Shown here: in pieces, positions 61,359-64,000 of the stretch
Numbering within the stretch: position 1 is the first letter of the stretch
Layout: each line of letters starts with the position of its first letter
Assembly (NCBI GenBank): GCA_963792895.1
Contig: CAWBYA010000004.1
Span: 162,069 to 226,068, forward strand
Length of the DNA: 64,000 nt
Reading direction: 5' to 3'
From: an uncultured Acidimicrobiia bacterium
GTDB lineage: Bacteria > Actinomycetota > Acidimicrobiia > Spongiisociales > UBA5794
Notes under the pieces: model-generated
Told to the model about the DNA's origin: nothing
Seen by the model: only the letters and a program-made list of their open reading frames with translations
Databases searched by the model: none
Made by a program: the position numbers and the translations under genes

Positions 61359-62342
61359 ATGGCTCAGACACCACCATCGACGACGCCCTCCGGCCCCTAT
61401 CACCTCCCCGTGATGGTGGCCGAAGTGGTGGAGCAGCTCGCCCCGATCAGGTCCGGACTGGTGATCGATGCGACCTTTGGCGGGGGCGGGCACACCGCAG
61501 CGTTGCTCGCAGCGCTCCCGGACGTGTACGTCCTCGCACTCGACCGGGACCCCGACGCGACGTCACGGGTCCCGGTCGGGACCAGGACGCGTCTCGTGAC
61601 GGCCAACTTCGGCGAAATGGCTCGGGTGCTCGACGACCCGGCAGTGGTTCGGTGGCTCTATGAACATGGTGCACACGATCAGGACGGCAGCGACGTGGCT
61701 GGCGTGCTATTCGACCTTGGCGTTTCGTCCCACCAGTTGGATGAGGCCGGGCGAGGATTCTCGTATCGCCAGGCAGGTCCGCTCGATATGCGCATGGGGC
61801 CGGACGCGGCGCACAGCGCTGCGGACATCGTCAATGGATTCGACGTCGGCGAACTCACTCGCATCTTCCGGCGCTACGGCGAGGAGCCGCTGGCGCACCG
61901 CATCGCCGAGCACCTCGTGCGACGTCGCCCGTTCACGACGACCGATGAGCTCGCTGCGGTCGTTGCCGAGGCCGTACCCGCTGCGGCGCGCCGTCGCCGC
62001 CATCCGGCACGCCGCGTCTTCCAGGCCATCCGGATCGCCGTCAACGACGAGCTCACCGCTGTCGCCGATGGTCTCGACGCTGCCATCGCACGACTTCGAC
62101 CCGGCGGGAGAGTCGTCGTGATCGCGTACCACTCGCTCGAGGACAGGATCGTGAAGCGTCGCTTCGTCGCAGGCGCAACCGGCTGTGTGTGCCCGCCCGA
62201 GCTTCCCGTCTGTGCATGCGATCACGTCGCCGAGCTGCGCCGTCTCACCCGCTCTCCGCTGCGCCCCACCGAGCTCGAAGTGGCGGAGAACCCCCGAGCG
62301 CGCAGTGCACGGCTCCGGGCCGCCGAGAAGGTGAGGGCATGA
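61359..62342 (+). CDS. rsmH: 16S rRNA m4C1402 methyltransferase
   Basis: HLPVM, DATFGGGGH, DLGVSS.QLD, LDMRMG, YHSLEDR, NPRARSA. Confidence 0.97.
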   Translation: MAQTPPSTTPSGPYHLPVMVAEVVEQLAPIRSGLVIDATFGGGGHTAALLAALPDVYVLALDRDPDATSRVPVGTRTRLVTANFGEMARVLDDPAVVRWLYEHGAHDQDGSDVAGVLFDLGVSSHQLDEAGRGFSYRQAGPLDMRMGPDAAHSAADIVNGFDVGELTRIFRRYGEEPLAHRIAEHLVRRRPFTTTDELAAVVAEAVPAAARRRRHPARRVFQAIRIAVNDELTAVADGLDAAIARLRPGGRVVVIAYHSLEDRIVKRRFVAGATGCVCPPELPVCACDHVAELRRLTRSPLRPTELEVAENPRARSARLRAAEKVRA

Positions 62343-62752
62343 CAGCAACGGCGCACCCATCCCCGCTGCGCTCGCTGCCGCTGTCTGCGGCGACTCCGCA
62401 ACGCCGCGCCCAGCCGCACCGCGGCCGGCTTCGGCCCTGGGCGCTGTTCGTGGCGATTGTCGTCCTGGCGTTCTTCGGACTCACGTACAGCCGCATCTCG
62501 CTCGACCGCTCGGCGTTCGTCCTCGACACGCTGGACGAACAGATCGCCGTCGCGGAGGCCGCTCACTTCGATCTGCGCGTCCAGGTTGCCGAGTTGCGGG
62601 ATCCGCAGCGGATCGCCGAGGCGGCGGCCGATCTCGGCATGGTCTTCCCCGGGCGCCGAGTCGACCTCGCCGTAGAACGCGTGGGCGGAGCGGACCTCGA
62701 CCCGGAGTACCGATGGGCACAGCTCCGCGCCTTGCTCGGAGCACAGCCATGA
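62339..62752 (+). CDS. ftsL: FtsL-like cell division protein
   Basis: One TM plus coiled coil ending LRDPQRIAEAAADLGMV; between rsmH and ftsI. Confidence 0.75.
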   Translation: MTATAHPSPLRSLPLSAATPQRRAQPHRGRLRPWALFVAIVVLAFFGLTYSRISLDRSAFVLDTLDEQIAVAEAAHFDLRVQVAELRDPQRIAEAAADLGMVFPGRRVDLAVERVGGADLDPEYRWAQLRALLGAQP

Positions 62753-62809
62753 GCCGGCGCATGGCGGGGCGGCGACGTCACCCTTCAGTGCGTCCGCCCG
62801 GAGGCTGAC

Positions 62810-64000
62810 ATGCGGCGGCGGCAAGGCAGGGGCCGCAACGCCAGAGTGCTCGTGGTAGGCGCCGTCCTCGTGGTCGGCTGGTTCGGTCTCGGCTACCGGC
62901 TCTTCCAGGTCCAGGCGATCGATGCGGAAACATATGCCGCCGACGGTCTCGACCAACGCGTCCGTCACGAAGACCTCCCAGCGGATCGGGGCACGATCTA
63001 CGACCGTGACGGCGTTGAACTTGCTGTGACCGTTGATGCAGTGACCATCACCGCCAACCCCAGCCAGGTGGAGGACCCCACGATCGCCGCGTCGGTCCTC
63101 GCCCCGGTCCTTGGGGTCGACATGGACACCCTGCGAGAGCGTCTCTCCGGTGACGGGCAATTCGCCTACGTTGCACGAGCCGTCGACTCGGAGGTCGGCG
63201 ATCGCGCCGCCGCCCTGGTGGACCAGCTCGGGCTCACGGGCATCTCCTTCGGCACCGAGCCGCGCCGCACGTACCCCGCGGGTTCGCTCGCCGCACAGCT
63301 CGTCGGGTTCGTCAGGTCGGACGACACCCAGGAGGGTCTCGAAGGGCTCGAGTTTGCGTTCGATGATGCCCTCACCGGCACGCCGGGCACGCAGATCGTG
63401 GAACGCGACCACTACGGCACGCCCATCCCGCAGGGCGAGCTGCTGATCGAGCCCGCCGTTCCGGGCGCAGACATCGTGCTGACGATCGACCGCAGCATCC
63501 AGTACGCGGCGGAGCAGGCGCTTGCGGCGGCGCTCCCCGCAACGGGGGCGGCAGGCGGCACCGTCATCGTGCTCGACGTCGACACCGGAGAAGTGCTCGC
63601 CATGGCCACGGCTCCGGGCTTCGACCCGAACGACCGCAGTGGGGCCTCACCGGAGCTGTATCGCAACCGTGCGATCACGGACCTGTACGAGCCGGGCTCG
63701 ACACTCAAGGTCGTCACGATCGCTGCTGCGCTCGACATGGGCATCGTTGCCCCGTCGACGCGTCTCGACGTCCCGCCCGACCTGCTGATCCACGACAAGA
63801 CGTACACGGATGTGGGTCGAGAACGGACCGAAGAGATGAGTGTCGCCGAGATCGTCGCCAAGTCGTCGAATGTCGGCACGATCATGGTGCAGAGCCTCCT
63901 CGGCAACGCCGATCACTACGAGTACCTGCGTCGGTTCGGTCTTGGCTCTTCGACGGGCACGGGGCTGCCGGGCGAGGCAGGCGGAACGCTCCACCCCGCC
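62810..64000 (+). CDS. ftsI: Septal transpeptidase (class B PBP), runs off the window end (partial)
   Basis: Hand translation: TM, RGTIYDRDG, YEPGSTLK (SxxK), KSSNVG (SxN). Start uncertain. Confidence 0.93.
   Translation, partial: MRRRQGRGRNARVLVVGAVLVVGWFGLGYRLFQVQAIDAETYAADGLDQRVRHEDLPADRGTIYDRDGVELAVTVDAVTITANPSQVEDPTIAASVLAPVLGVDMDTLRERLSGDGQFAYVARAVDSEVGDRAAALVDQLGLTGISFGTEPRRTYPAGSLAAQLVGFVRSDDTQEGLEGLEFAFDDALTGTPGTQIVERDHYGTPIPQGELLIEPAVPGADIVLTIDRSIQYAAEQALAAALPATGAAGGTVIVLDVDTGEVLAMATAPGFDPNDRSGASPELYRNRAITDLYEPGSTLKVVTIAAALDMGIVAPSTRLDVPPDLLIHDKTYTDVGRERTEEMSVAEIVAKSSNVGTIMVQSLLGNADHYEYLRRFGLGSSTGTGLPGEAGGTLHPA

Overview
High-GC actinobacterial chromosome segment, most likely class Acidimicrobiia (inferred from the Cys-containing SLH-like modules, F420-dependent enzymes, DUF3040, and the moxR-DUF58-transglutaminase block beside the dcw cluster). 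It is mainly housekeeping: pntAA/AB/B, gnd, ilvB-ilvN-ilvC-leuA-leuB, a Zn ABC system with a Fur-family regulator, queG, an ArsA/ROK cluster, fabD-H-G-acpP-fabF, dinB, and mraZ-rsmH-ftsL-ftsI. I saw no rRNA, tRNA, CRISPR array or intact mobile element. About ten genes are broken by single-base indels, several in short homopolymers and one in ilvC; this looks like assembly error and hides features from the ORF track. Best findings: (1) a MerB-like lyase whose apparent stop is an in-frame UGA at the second catalytic Cys position, followed by an fdhF-like SECIS hairpin, i.e. a probable selenoprotein; (2) a compact module at 33.4-35.4 kb: membrane-anchored LuxR regulator, three phased TACC-N7/8-GGTA boxes abutting a near-consensus sigma70 promoter, a 42-aa signal-peptide-like sORF, a G-rich 15-nt minisatellite and an LPXTG protein; (3) two unannotated leader elements in the ilv-leu operon; (4) an archaeal-type SAM synthetase; (5) a serine-recombinase-like domain lacking its catalytic residues. 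All calls come from reading the sequence and recalled family motifs; no searches were run.
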